Positions 18,266-28,102 of a DNA stretch of 64,000 nt are shown here, piece after piece (within the stretch, counting starts at the first letter, position 1; each line of letters begins with the position of its first letter). The DNA lies in assembly GCA_030753015.1 (NCBI GenBank), contig JASMDC010000010.1, forward strand, positions 1-64,000, in the 5' to 3' direction. Under the pieces are notes generated by a model. It ran no database searches and had not been told where the DNA came from. It worked only from the letters and a program-made list of their open reading frames with translations. Position numbers and translations under genes: made by a program. The stretch comes from Candidatus Undinarchaeales archaeon. GTDB taxonomy: Archaea > SpSt-1190 > JASMDC01.

Positions 18266-20533
18266 CTACCGGCCCTTGATGGCCCGGACGATGCGCTCCT
18301 GGGTCACGGGCAGGTCGTTCACCCTGGCACCGATGGCGTGGGCGATGGCGTTCGTCACCGCCGCCGGTGCGGCCATGAGCGAGGGTTCGCCGATGCCCTT
18401 GGCGCCGTGAGGCCCCTTGGAGTAGGGGTGCTCCACGATGATCGGGGTGATGGCCGGCGCGTCCTTGGTTGTCGGTATGAGGTAGTCGTTGAGACCGGGG
18501 TTGAGGATGACGCCGTTCTCGGACACCAGATCCTCCATCATGGCGTACCCCATGCCCTGGACCGCACCGCCCTCGATCTGACCCTCGACGGCCATGGGAT
18601 TGATTGCCCGGCCCACGTCGTGGGCGGCCACGATGGACAGGACGGTGACCTCGCCGGTCTCCATATCCACCTCGACCTCGACGATATCGGTGGCCCACGA
18701 GTACGTCACGTAGACATCTCCCAGGCCGGTCTCCTCGTCCCAGGTGGTGGCAGGCGTCCGGAAGAAGCCCGAGGCGGCCAGGTGCACCAGCTCCAGCCAG
18801 CACTGCAGGGACAACGCGTCGAAGGCCATGCCCTCGCCGCCGCTTTTCGGCGTGACCTGTCCCTCGGCGAACTCGACCTCATCGCATCCCAGCTTCTGGC
18901 AGGCGAGCTTGGCCATACGTTCCCTGATCTGGCGGCAGCCGTCCATGACGGCCCGGCCCGACATCATGGTGGAGCGGGATGCCACCGTCGGTCCGGAGTC
19001 GGGGACCAGAGCGGTGTCCACCTCGATCACGGTGATCCGGTCGACGTCGATGCCCAACTCTTCGGCGGCGAACTGCGCCATCACTGTCTTGTGGCCCTGG
19101 CCCATGTCGGTCGTACCGACCGCTACCAGCACCGATCCGTCGGCGTGGACCTGGACCAGCGCGCCCGATTTATCGAGCACCTTGCCAGTAGCGCCGAGGC
19201 CGACGCCGTAGTAGATTGTGGCGCATCCGATACCGCGCCGCTTGTGGACGTCCAGGGGCTGCGCGTCGTACTCGCGCCGCTTCGCCTCCCATTCGCTTGC
19301 CAGGGTGGCCTCGTCGATGCACTCGGCGAAACCGCACGACTCCTCGATGAGGTGGTCGGTCATGGTGCGCTTGCCCAGGCCGAGCGCGTTCTTCCTGCGC
19401 AGCTCGAGCGGGTCCATGCCCAGCCTGTCCGCGACGGCGTCCATGTGGGTCTCGCCAGCGAAGATGATCTGGGGCGAGCCGAACCCGCGGAACGCGCCGC
19501 AGGGCACCCGGTTGGTGAGCACGCCGTAGCTGTCGACCTTGACGTTGGGCACGTCGTAGGCACCGATGGCATGAGCGTTCCCGCGGAAAAGCACGACACC
19601 GGTGAGAGTGACGTACGCCCCTGCGTCGAGGATGTACTCGACCTCCTGGGCCACGATGGTGCCGTCCTTCATCACACCGGTCCTGAACCGCGACACGGAC
19701 GGGTGGCGCTTGGAGGTGACCGCGAGGTCCTCCTCCCGGGTGTAGATGAGCTTGACGGGGCGGCCGGTGGCCACCGCTGCGAACCCGGCGAACCCGGAGA
19801 GCAGCGAGGGGTAGTCCTCCTTCCCGCCGAACCCACCGCCGGTGACGGTCTGGATGATCCTGACCTTCGCTAGCGGGAGCCCGAGGCCCTGGGCCACGCC
19901 GGTCTGCACGTAGAACGGGCACTGGCACGTTGTGTACACGGTCACCGAGCCGTCGGCGTTGGGGACCACGGTGGCACCCTGGGGCTCGATGTAAGCGTGC
20001 TCCTGGTAGTTGGTGGAATACTCGCCCTCCACGATGATGTCGGCCGTTCCCATGGCCTTTGCAGCGTCGCCTTTAACGACGCGGAAGTGCGAGATTATGT
20101 TGTTACGCTCCTCCTGCACCTGGTGCGCGTCGTCGTTCATGGCCTCGATTGGGTGGAACACGCCGGGCAGGTCCTCGTACTCGACGATGATGAGGCTTAC
20201 CGCCTTCTCGGCGATGGCCCTGGTCCGGGCGGCCACCACAGCGATGGCCTCGCCATGGTAGCGGACGATGCCGTCAGCGAGGAACGGCTGGTCGTCCTCG
20301 ACCACGTGACAGGCGTTCTTGCCGGGGATGTCGTTGGCGGTGATGACCACCTCGACGCCATCGAGCGTGCGTGCCTTCGAGACGTCGAGACGCAGGATGC
20401 GGGCGGAGGCCCGGGTACTACGCAGCACCTTGGCATGGAGCATGCCGGGGAACGACACGTCGTCGGCGAACCGGGCCTTCCCGGTGACCTTCTCCATGGC
20501 GTCTATCCGCGGGATGGGACGTCCGACCACCAT
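18266..20533 (-). CDS. xanthine dehydrogenase family molybdopterin-binding subunit
   Basis: KVTGKARFADD, GGGFGGK, AFRGFG, DMGQG, EGQIEGG, AKGIGEP; start at MVVGRP. Confidence 0.94.
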   Translation of the reverse strand: MVVGRPIPRIDAMEKVTGKARFADDVSFPGMLHAKVLRSTRASARILRLDVSKARTLDGVEVVITANDIPGKNACHVVEDDQPFLADGIVRYHGEAIAVVAARTRAIAEKAVSLIIVEYEDLPGVFHPIEAMNDDAHQVQEERNNIISHFRVVKGDAAKAMGTADIIVEGEYSTNYQEHAYIEPQGATVVPNADGSVTVYTTCQCPFYVQTGVAQGLGLPLAKVRIIQTVTGGGFGGKEDYPSLLSGFAGFAAVATGRPVKLIYTREEDLAVTSKRHPSVSRFRTGVMKDGTIVAQEVEYILDAGAYVTLTGVVLFRGNAHAIGAYDVPNVKVDSYGVLTNRVPCGAFRGFGSPQIIFAGETHMDAVADRLGMDPLELRRKNALGLGKRTMTDHLIEESCGFAECIDEATLASEWEAKRREYDAQPLDVHKRRGIGCATIYYGVGLGATGKVLDKSGALVQVHADGSVLVAVGTTDMGQGHKTVMAQFAAEELGIDVDRITVIEVDTALVPDSGPTVASRSTMMSGRAVMDGCRQIRERMAKLACQKLGCDEVEFAEGQVTPKSGGEGMAFDALSLQCWLELVHLAASGFFRTPATTWDEETGLGDVYVTYSWATDIVEVEVDMETGEVTVLSIVAAHDVGRAINPMAVEGQIEGGAVQGMGYAMMEDLVSENGVILNPGLNDYLIPTTKDAPAITPIIVEHPYSKGPHGAKGIGEPSLMAAPAAVTNAIAHAIGARVNDLPVTQERIVRAIKGR

Positions 20534-21006
20534 CAGCGACCACCTCCCTTCTTGAGGCGCTTGGCTGCCTCGAGCACCGCCTCGACGATCTTGACGTAGC
20601 CGGTGCACCTGCAGAGGTTGCCCGAGAGCGCCTCGCGAACGTCCTTCTCGGAGGGGTCGGGATTGCACCTGAGCAGCGCCAGCGACGAGAGGATCACGCC
20701 GGGCGTGCAGAAGCCGCACTGGACGGCCCCAACGTCGATGAAGGCCTGCTGGATCGGGTGGAGCCGCTCGTCGCCGGCCACGCCCTCGATGGTGGTGACC
20801 TCGCGAGCGCGGGCCTGGTGAGCGAAGATGAGGCAGGAGCACACAGGCTCGCCGTCGAGGAGCACAGTGCAGGCACCGCACTCGCCGCTGGAGCAGCCCT
20901 CCTTGACGCCGGTGTACCCCAGCCCGCGGAGCATGTCCAGGAGCCGGGTCTCTCCGGGCGGGTCGACGAGGTGGTCACGGCCGTTGACGGTGAACGTGAA
21001 CGCCAT
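20533..21006 (-). CDS. (2Fe-2S) small subunit of a Mo-hydroxylase
   Basis: GCSSGECGACTV, QCGFCTPG, NLCRCTGY. Confidence 0.95.
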   Translation of the reverse strand: MAFTFTVNGRDHLVDPPGETRLLDMLRGLGYTGVKEGCSSGECGACTVLLDGEPVCSCLIFAHQARAREVTTIEGVAGDERLHPIQQAFIDVGAVQCGFCTPGVILSSLALLRCNPDPSEKDVREALSGNLCRCTGYVKIVEAVLEAAKRLKKGGGR

Positions 21007-21902
21007 CAGACCTCACCTCCCTGGGCGGCGATGGCCTTTCTGAGGATGTCGCGGATGAGGGCGGCAACCATGGTGCGCCGGTACTCGTCGGAGCCGCGGA
21101 CGTCACAGATGGGGCACGCGTCCTGCTGGATGCGCTCCTCGGCGCTGGAGATGAGGTCAATGGCGGATGCGGCGTCGTGAGCGCACGCGCGCAGGTCGGC
21201 GCCCTCAAGTGCCTCCTCGGTGGCAGCAGCGCGGACCGGTGTGGGAGCGACGGAGCCCATGGCGACACGGGCGGAAACGACCAGACCGTCCATCACCGCG
21301 AGCCCCGCGGCCACGGACGTCACCGAGCAGCACAATGCCTTGCGGCGGCCCAGCTTACGAGCCTCCTGGACGAACCCGGGCGGCGGGACAGGGACGATGA
21401 CCTCTGCCAGCAGCTCGTCGGGACGGATGGCCGTCTTCCGGTTCCCGATGAAGTACTCGTCGAGGGACATCTCACGCTCTCCAGTCTTGGAGAGGAGCTT
21501 GACGCGTGCTTCGAGCACCATCAGCGGCGGTGCCGTGTCGGCGGCAGGCGTGGCGTATGCGATGTTGCCGGCCAGTGTGCCCCGGTTGCGGATGAGGGGC
21601 GATGCCATCTCGGCGATGATGTCGGTGAGGATGGGGCAGTGGTCCTGCAGCTCCTTGGAGTTCAGTACGTCCGTCAGCCGGGCGGTCGCCCCGATTCGGA
21701 AGACGTCGCCGTCCCGCTTGACGTACCGCAGGCTGTCCACGGCCGTAAGGTCGATGAGCGTGGTGGCGGTGACGGTGCCCTTCTGCATGAGGAGATAGAG
21801 GTCGGTGCCGCCGGCGACGCAGCGGGCGTCCGCTCCCTTGTCGGTGAGCACCTCGAGCACGTCGTTGATCGTTGAGCAGTCTGCGAACGTGATGCCTTCC
21901 AT
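21006..21902 (-). CDS. FAD-binding subunit of a Mo-hydroxylase
   Basis: AGGTDL, IRNRGTLAGN, DVRGSDEYR. Confidence 0.94.
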   Translation of the reverse strand: MEGITFADCSTINDVLEVLTDKGADARCVAGGTDLYLLMQKGTVTATTLIDLTAVDSLRYVKRDGDVFRIGATARLTDVLNSKELQDHCPILTDIIAEMASPLIRNRGTLAGNIAYATPAADTAPPLMVLEARVKLLSKTGEREMSLDEYFIGNRKTAIRPDELLAEVIVPVPPPGFVQEARKLGRRKALCCSVTSVAAGLAVMDGLVVSARVAMGSVAPTPVRAAATEEALEGADLRACAHDAASAIDLISSAEERIQQDACPICDVRGSDEYRRTMVAALIRDILRKAIAAQGGEV

Positions 21903-21962
21903 GGGTCCCAAGAGAAGCGCGAACCGGTCAAAACAATTTATACCTTTCCAGCCGGCCGCGGT

Positions 21963-22457
21963 TCAATCGTCAGCGGCCAGCAGGGTCGCCAGTTCGACGG
22001 CCTCCTTCGGTGTCTTTGCGGCCAGGACGTAGTCGTCCCGCCGGTCGTCGATGCGCTCACCACCCATGCGCTCGGCCCACCCACCCGAGGTGATCAGGGC
22101 CACGATGCGCTTGCCGTAAGCCCAGGCAAGGCCTATCTCAGAGAGTGTGCCGCACCCGCCGCCTACGGCGATGACGGCATCCCCGGAGAGCGCTACGCAG
22201 GCGTTCCGGGCGAACCCGATGCCCGTGCGCACCTTCACGTCGAGGAAGGCGTTTGCGTCGCTGTCGTCCTCGCCGGGGAGGATGCCAACGACCAGTCCAT
22301 CGGCCTCCTTGGCTCCCTGGGCAGCTGCGGCCATGACGCCACCTCGGCCGCCGCACACCAGAATGTGCCCCTGCCTGGCGATCTCCTTCCCCAACTGGCG
22401 GGCCAGGCGCAGGGCCCGTTCGTCGGCGTCCTCGCCACCGATCACCGCGATCTGCAT
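21963..22457 (-). CDS. LOG/TIGR00725 family protein
   Basis: CGGRGGVM, VGILPG, GIGFARN, GGGCGTLSEI. Confidence 0.9.
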   Translation of the reverse strand: MQIAVIGGEDADERALRLARQLGKEIARQGHILVCGGRGGVMAAAAQGAKEADGLVVGILPGEDDSDANAFLDVKVRTGIGFARNACVALSGDAVIAVGGGCGTLSEIGLAWAYGKRIVALITSGGWAERMGGERIDDRRDDYVLAAKTPKEAVELATLLAADD

Positions 22458-22458
22458 C

Positions 22459-23085
22459 CTACCACCCTCCGGTCCGTCCGAGCGAGACCGACGAAACCAT
22501 GCCCTTTCGCCCGAGCTTGATGAGGGCGTACCTGCCGTCCTGAGCAGGGCCGGGGTTGACGACCACCGTGTCCCCGAGCTGGAACCGTCCCGGCGACTCG
22601 TGAACGTGGCCGCACACGACAAGGGTCGGAGAGAGCTGCGAGATGGCGCGGTGCACCTCGTCAGAGCCGATGTCCTGGCCGTTGGGGAGCAGGGCGGCGC
22701 CCGTACCGCTCGGGGGAGCGTGGGTCACGAGCACCAGAGGCCCGTCCCTATCGCTGGCAGCCTGGAGGATGGTCCCCAGGTCGGGATGCCCCCCGCCAGT
22801 ACCGGCGAATGTGATCCCCTTCACCGCGACCGACCTCCCGTTGATGCCCCATGCGCTCCCGTCGAGGGCCCGGATGACGTCCCCGAGGTCGCAGTTGCCC
22901 GGGACAGCGAGGACCTGCTTGTCGCCCAGTGCGGCCATGGCCTCCTCCAGCTCGGAGACAGGGCCGAAGTTTGTGATGTCGCCGGCGAATAGCACCAGGT
23001 CGATCTTGTCCAGTGACACGGCCTCGAGGATGTTGCGGAGACCGAGCATGTAGCCGTGGAGGTCAGCGATAGCGAGCAGTCTCAC
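22459..23085 (-). CDS. metallophosphoesterase
   Basis: DLHG, GDIT, GNCD, THAPP, GHVHE. Confidence 0.92.
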   Translation of the reverse strand: MRLLAIADLHGYMLGLRNILEAVSLDKIDLVLFAGDITNFGPVSELEEAMAALGDKQVLAVPGNCDLGDVIRALDGSAWGINGRSVAVKGITFAGTGGGHPDLGTILQAASDRDGPLVLVTHAPPSGTGAALLPNGQDIGSDEVHRAISQLSPTLVVCGHVHESPGRFQLGDTVVVNPGPAQDGRYALIKLGRKGMVSSVSLGRTGGW

Positions 23086-24413
23086 AGGTCCTCACCCAGG
23101 ACCTCAAGCACGCGGTCCACCTGTTCGCTTGCGGTGCCGATGTACGACTCTGGCCTGAGAGCGGCCTTCACCTCGTCCTTGCTGATGGCGCCGCTGGCCC
23201 GTTCCACAACAGCGTCGGTGAAGTCGCCCTTGTCCTTAGCCGCCAGGCGCACCAGCTCGTGCGCACCCTGCCGGTCCATGCCCTTGTCGACGAGGGCGGT
23301 CATCACCGCCTCCGCCATGTTGCGTCCACCGGTAAGTGCGAGGTTACGCTTCACGGCCGTCTTGTCGATGGTGAGACCGGCGAGCACTCCGGTCGTAAGG
23401 TCGAGGATGTAGTCAAGGAGCACGCAGCACTCCGGGATGATTACCCGCTCCGGAGACGAATTGGTGAGGTCGCGCTCGTCCCAGAGGGGGACGTTCTCCA
23501 GCGACGAGCAACCCAGCGCCCGCACCACACGGGCCAGACCGCACACCCTCTCTGCGTGGATGGGGTTGCGCTTCTGCGGCATGGCGGAGCTCCCCACCTG
23601 CCTCTCGCCCGTGGGCTCGGCCACCTCGCCGATCTCGGTGCGCTGGAGCGTCCTGATCGCGACACACATCTTGTCCAGTGTGGCCGCTACCTGGGAACAG
23701 AGGAGAAAGAATTCGGCGTACCGGTCCCGCTGGACCACTTGAGTGGACACAAGCACCGGTTCCAGCCCCAACCGCTCCATCATGAGCTCCTGGATGCGCC
23801 GGGCATCGGGTCCCAGGGCGGCCTGTGTGCCCACGGCACCGGTCATCTGGCCAACGAGCAACCGCTTCCGGCACTGCTCGAGGCGCTCCCGGTGACGGCG
23901 GACCTCGCAGGCCCACACGGCGAAACGCAGACCGTAAGTAGTGGGGACGGCGTGCTGACCGTGGGTGCGGCCCACGCACACCAGGTCCCGGTTCCGCCGG
24001 GCCCGCTCGAGGAGCACGCTCTCCAGTCGTGCCAGGTCGTCGCCGATGATGTCGCACGCCTCCGTCAGCTGGAGGGCCGTGGCCGTGTCGAGGATGTCGC
24101 TCGAGGTCGCTCCCAGGTGCACCCACCGGCCGGCGTCGCCCGCCGCATCGGACAGGGCACGAACAAGGGCCACGACGTCGTGTCGCGTCTCGCGCTCGAT
24201 CTCCTCGACGCGCTTTACGGTGACCTTCCCAGCAGCGATGGCGATCGCGTCAGCGTCCTTCCTCGGGATGGTACCCACCTCGGCATGCGCACGGACGAGC
24301 GCCACCTCTACGTCGAGCAGCGCCCGGAGGCGTCGGTCCGGGGTGAACACGGTCCGCATGTGCTCGCGTCCGTACCGGAAATCGATGGGATGAACGGGCG
24401 GGAGGTCGGCCAT
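23082..24413 (-). CDS. purB: adenylosuccinate lyase
   Basis: HPIDFRYG, TRHDVVA, HLGATSSD, GRTHGQHA, GSSAMPQKRNP. Confidence 0.95.
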   Translation of the reverse strand: MADLPPVHPIDFRYGREHMRTVFTPDRRLRALLDVEVALVRAHAEVGTIPRKDADAIAIAAGKVTVKRVEEIERETRHDVVALVRALSDAAGDAGRWVHLGATSSDILDTATALQLTEACDIIGDDLARLESVLLERARRNRDLVCVGRTHGQHAVPTTYGLRFAVWACEVRRHRERLEQCRKRLLVGQMTGAVGTQAALGPDARRIQELMMERLGLEPVLVSTQVVQRDRYAEFFLLCSQVAATLDKMCVAIRTLQRTEIGEVAEPTGERQVGSSAMPQKRNPIHAERVCGLARVVRALGCSSLENVPLWDERDLTNSSPERVIIPECCVLLDYILDLTTGVLAGLTIDKTAVKRNLALTGGRNMAEAVMTALVDKGMDRQGAHELVRLAAKDKGDFTDAVVERASGAISKDEVKAALRPESYIGTASEQVDRVLEVLGEDL

Positions 24414-24513
24414 ACCAAGGACCACCCGTAGAATGCATAAAAAGGTTATGGTGAGGCAGGGGCGTCCACCTTCCGAACCATATATATAATTTGGACAGCA
24501 TGACCTGTGCACA

Positions 24514-24885
24514 ATGATACGTGCAGAACGTGCACTTGCATCCTCGCTCATACTCATCCTCGCGCTCGCTGCCATCGCCGGATGTACCGGGGGAAGAGAT
24601 GACGATAAGACCAAGAAGGTCGGGGTCGGGATCATCGCGGGCAACGTGACCGACAGTGCCGGGGAACCGCTCCCGGGTGCGGCCGTCACATTCGCCTCGT
24701 CCACCGGCTCCAACGACACAATGTTCTCGAACGTCAAGGGCTGGTTCCAGTTCGACGTCTCATTGAAGGATGGGCCCTTCACGGGAACGGTCACCATGCC
24801 CGACTACAAGACATGGCAGAAGTCCGATATAGTTGTCGAGAAAGACGAGATGACGATCCTCGAGGTAGTCCTGGTGCCTGAGTAG
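24514..24885 (+). CDS. lipoprotein with a carboxypeptidase-regulatory-like (Ig) domain
   Basis: signal ending AIAGC; GNVTDSAGEPLPGAAV. Confidence 0.8.
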   Translation: MIRAERALASSLILILALAAIAGCTGGRDDDKTKKVGVGIIAGNVTDSAGEPLPGAAVTFASSTGSNDTMFSNVKGWFQFDVSLKDGPFTGTVTMPDYKTWQKSDIVVEKDEMTILEVVLVPE

Positions 24886-24910
24886 GACCGGTCCATCAGA
24901 CAGGTGGTCG

Positions 24911-25489
24911 TTACCCGACCTCAAGCGTCCTGATAGCTTCCTCCACGGTGAGGTCGTGCTGCCAGACGGCAGTGAGCAGGCCTTGGAGGGGCATGTCCGT
25001 GGCTTTAATCCGAGACTTCGCTAGGCGCTTCAGAGGCGTCCGATCCTGTGTTTCTCGTTGTCCGGGTTCTGCGCTGTAGTACACTGCTGCCCTTCTCGCA
25101 CCCTGTCGGTGGAGTTTATCCTGTTCGACCAGCGATGTGAGGTGGTGGTGGATATGACTGCTGCCGAGGAGATCGGTGAGCTCGCCCGCAGTAAGCCCTG
25201 TCTCGCTTGCGTCGACCAGGGCGGTGATGGTGGCAAAGAGGTCGCGCCACCGGGAGAAGCGCGCGCCGTTGTGCTCCCAGAGGCCGTTCTCGTCGAACTC
25301 GGCGTCGTCGAGGTGAGCGAGGACAGTGCCGTTGCGGTTGTAGCTGCGAAGGTACCCTGTCCCTGCGAGCTTGCGGAAGACGGTGACCTTTGCGCAGTGG
25401 AAGCGTGCGGCGAGCTCGGTAGCTGTGAGGGCTGTGTTGGCGTGGAGGCAGTTGATGACATCTCCTTTGGTGATGCGCTCACGTCTCAT
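24911..25489 (-). CDS. stand-alone HTH protein homologous to OrfA of the transposon at the window end
   Basis: GLTAGEL..HIHHHLTSLV..KLHRQGARRAAVYYS versus element GVTAKEL..NIHHHLSSCV..RLYREGARKSAVYYS. Confidence 0.8.
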   Translation of the reverse strand: MRRERITKGDVINCLHANTALTATELAARFHCAKVTVFRKLAGTGYLRSYNRNGTVLAHLDDAEFDENGLWEHNGARFSRWRDLFATITALVDASETGLTAGELTDLLGSSHIHHHLTSLVEQDKLHRQGARRAAVYYSAEPGQRETQDRTPLKRLAKSRIKATDMPLQGLLTAVWQHDLTVEEAIRTLEVG

Positions 25490-25548
25490 AATGATATAGT
25501 ATGCAGTTATAGTTTAAATACTTTTTGTTAACTATATACTATATCATT
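25490..25548. promoter_or_regulatory. 20-bp inverted repeat bracketing a TATA box, candidate autoregulatory operator
   Basis: AATGATATAGTATgcAGTTA ... TAACTatATACTATATCATT around TTTAAATA. Confidence 0.7.
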
Positions 25549-25621
25549 TATTGAACTCCTTAACGATCAACACGGAAAAACCGATCACGTTCCGAATGGT
25601 GGAAGGGATGCCAGGAACCGA

Positions 25622-26884
25622 TCACATCAGCTTGGACTTCTTGAGCAGATGCTTCTTCCCGTAGTAGATGAGTCTGCTGTGCATGATGTCGTCCAGGTCC
25701 TCTTTCTTGTGTCGCTCCTCGATATCCCGGTACTCCTTCTGCATCCTGAGGAAGTAGCGGACGAGGACCGGAGATAGGGAGGTTGTCACCAGCGAGAGTA
25801 TGACGATGGACGTTAGCATGTCCTCGGAGAAGATCCCCACTTCGCGTCCGAGCTGTGCTGTGGCGAGCGTGGTGGACAGCTGGGGGATGGTCGCCGAGCC
25901 CACGGCGAACGATTCGATGATCTCCCTGCCAGCGAACATGGCGCCTATGAAGCCGCTGATGATCTTGGAGAGGATGAGGCCTGTGATGATGAGCGCCGGG
26001 ATCCGGATGCTGTCGGAGGACAGGATCACGGAGAAGTCGGTCTCCATCCCGATGAAGAAGAAGAATATGGGCACGAAAACGCCGTACCCGACGGTGTTGA
26101 ACTTCTCCTCCATCCTCTTATCGACCGCGGCCGAGCAGGCGATACCCGTGATGAAGGCGGCGATGATGAGGTGAAGTCCGAAGACCTCGGCGATGAACGT
26201 GACGAAGAGGAGGGTGATGAAGATGAACCGGAACTTCCGCTCGAAGACGTCCTCGTCCTCCTCGCTGAACGAGGTGATGTACTTCTTGGTGAGCTTGGGC
26301 ACGAAGTACAGCACGGTGAAGAGGAATGCAGAGATGAGCAGGAAATAGGAGTAGGGATCGGTGACCTTGCCAGTGTCCGCGACGGTCTGGAGGATGAACG
26401 TGAGCCCCACGAGGCTCAGTATGTCCTGGAGCACGACCGATGAGATGACCAGGCGCCCCAGCTCGGTCTTGAACACGCCCAGCTCGATGAGAGTGGGTAC
26501 CACGATGCCCACGGACGATGAGACGAAGAGCACGCCCAGGAGGTAGTTCGCAGGATACTCGAGGCCAAGGCCACCGGCTATCCACATGCCCACGAAGAAC
26601 GGTATCAGGCCGTTGAAGAACGAGATGATCAGCGCCGAGCGGCCCACCTTCCTGACGACGTCCATCTTTATCTCGAGACCTGCCGAGAACATCAGGAACA
26701 GAAGGCCGATGATCGAGAAGTCGTGGAGGGACTTGTCGATGGGGATCGCCTGCATCCCGTGGGGGCCCAGAACGTAGCCTAGGAGGATGAGGGCGACGGC
26801 GTAGGGGATTCCCATCCGCTTGAAGACCGATGGACCAACTAGGGAGAAGAAGAGGATGAAGGTGAACAGGATGATGAAATCCAT
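25622..26884 (-). CDS. cation:proton antiporter (CPA2 family)
   Basis: LGPHG, LMFSAGLE, SSVGIV, LQD, FVPIFFFFIG; about 12 TM. Confidence 0.9.
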   Translation of the reverse strand: MDFIILFTFILFFSLVGPSVFKRMGIPYAVALILLGYVLGPHGMQAIPIDKSLHDFSIIGLLFLMFSAGLEIKMDVVRKVGRSALIISFFNGLIPFFVGMWIAGGLGLEYPANYLLGVLFVSSSVGIVVPTLIELGVFKTELGRLVISSVVLQDILSLVGLTFILQTVADTGKVTDPYSYFLLISAFLFTVLYFVPKLTKKYITSFSEEDEDVFERKFRFIFITLLFVTFIAEVFGLHLIIAAFITGIACSAAVDKRMEEKFNTVGYGVFVPIFFFFIGMETDFSVILSSDSIRIPALIITGLILSKIISGFIGAMFAGREIIESFAVGSATIPQLSTTLATAQLGREVGIFSEDMLTSIVILSLVTTSLSPVLVRYFLRMQKEYRDIEERHKKEDLDDIMHSRLIYYGKKHLLKKSKLM

Positions 26885-26935
26885 GTCAAGGAGTAAGTGG
26901 TTCTTATCGTATTTAAGGAGTCCTTTCCCGGACGC

Positions 26936-27427
26936 TCATAGCAGCAGGTTCAGCAGCAGGAGCAGGAGGGAGATGACCGTCAGCGCGATGATGAACGCGC
27001 GGACCACGAGCACGACGGGACCCTTCCCAAAGGTCACAATCGACAGGCTCGCCAGTATCAGCAGCACCAGTGCTACCAGGTACGTGATGAGGAGGATACC
27101 GCTCAGCCCGTTCATGAGGAGGAAGAGCGATGCGCGCAGGAACAACCCAACATAGAACAGGAGGCTGATCAGATTCATGAGGGAGCCCTTCATGGAATCC
27201 GTGAACTCGCTATAGGTGAAGATGAATATCGCGATGAGGGCTATCGATGACAAGAGGAGCTCAACGAAGAAGAGGCTCGCGAACGCGGCAACGATGCTTG
27301 AGTACTGCACTGGTAGGAGGGTGGTGACGCCCGCCAGGCTCCTCTCCATCGAAAGGAGGACCAGGAGCGTCAGGACGAGGCCCAGAAGCTTCAACACGTT
27401 CATCATGGTCTGAGACATGGTACCCAT
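26936..27427 (-). CDS. hypothetical membrane protein
   Basis: 163 aa, about 5 hydrophobic helices. Confidence 0.7.
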   Translation of the reverse strand: MGTMSQTMMNVLKLLGLVLTLLVLLSMERSLAGVTTLLPVQYSSIVAAFASLFFVELLLSSIALIAIFIFTYSEFTDSMKGSLMNLISLLFYVGLFLRASLFLLMNGLSGILLITYLVALVLLILASLSIVTFGKGPVVLVVRAFIIALTVISLLLLLLNLLL

Positions 27428-27529
27428 GGTCGCTCGGTCTTGGAAAGGACTGTAACAAATAAAACGTTACCCAACCCGCGCCCGCCCCGACCAAACGCTT
27501 AAGTCTTTACGTGCCGCGAGCCTCACAGG

Positions 27530-28096
27530 ATGCGGGTACAGTTCGCTACATCGAACGAGCACAAGGTCGCCGAGGCCCGTGGTATCCTGGCCGTACTGGG
27601 CTGGGAGGTCGAGCGGGTCGCCATCGACTATCCTGAGGTCCGCAGCCCGTCGGTCGAGGACGTCGCTCTGGACGGTGCACGGTACGTGGCCGACAAGCTC
27701 GGTGGTCCGGTGATCGTCGAGGACACGGGATTGTTCATACGGGCTCTCAAGTGGTTCCCAGGCACCTACTCCAAGTACGTGCTCAACACCGTCGACGTCA
27801 CCGGCGTGCTCCGTCTCATGGAAGGTGTGGACGACCGGTACGCCGAGTTCCGGTGCGCAGTGGGCTTCTGCGAGCCCGGCGGTGATCCAAAGGCGTTCGC
27901 AGGCGCTGTCCCCGGTACCATCAATCATGCACCCCTCGGCGACGGTGGGTTCGGGTACGATCCCATCTTCATCACGGAGGGCGAGAGCAGGACCTTTGCC
28001 CAGATGCCTGTCGAGGAGAAGAACGCCGTGTCCCACCGACGACGTGCGCTGGCCGCTTTCGTGGCGTGGGCGCGCGAGGAGATGCCCGGCAGGTAG
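27530..28096 (+). CDS. rdgB: XTP/dITP diphosphatase (HAM1)
   Basis: ATSNEHK, EDTGL, FPG.YS, GFGYDPIF, KNAVSHR. Confidence 0.95.
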   Translation: MRVQFATSNEHKVAEARGILAVLGWEVERVAIDYPEVRSPSVEDVALDGARYVADKLGGPVIVEDTGLFIRALKWFPGTYSKYVLNTVDVTGVLRLMEGVDDRYAEFRCAVGFCEPGGDPKAFAGAVPGTINHAPLGDGGFGYDPIFITEGESRTFAQMPVEEKNAVSHRRRALAAFVAWAREEMPGR

Positions 28097-28102
28097 GTGA
28101 CC

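Noticed and set aside
20534-20881. N-terminal extension of the Mo subunit, and likewise of purB (24414-24797) and metF (38298-38513)
   Set aside because: They overlap bona fide neighbouring genes; family alignment supports the shorter starts
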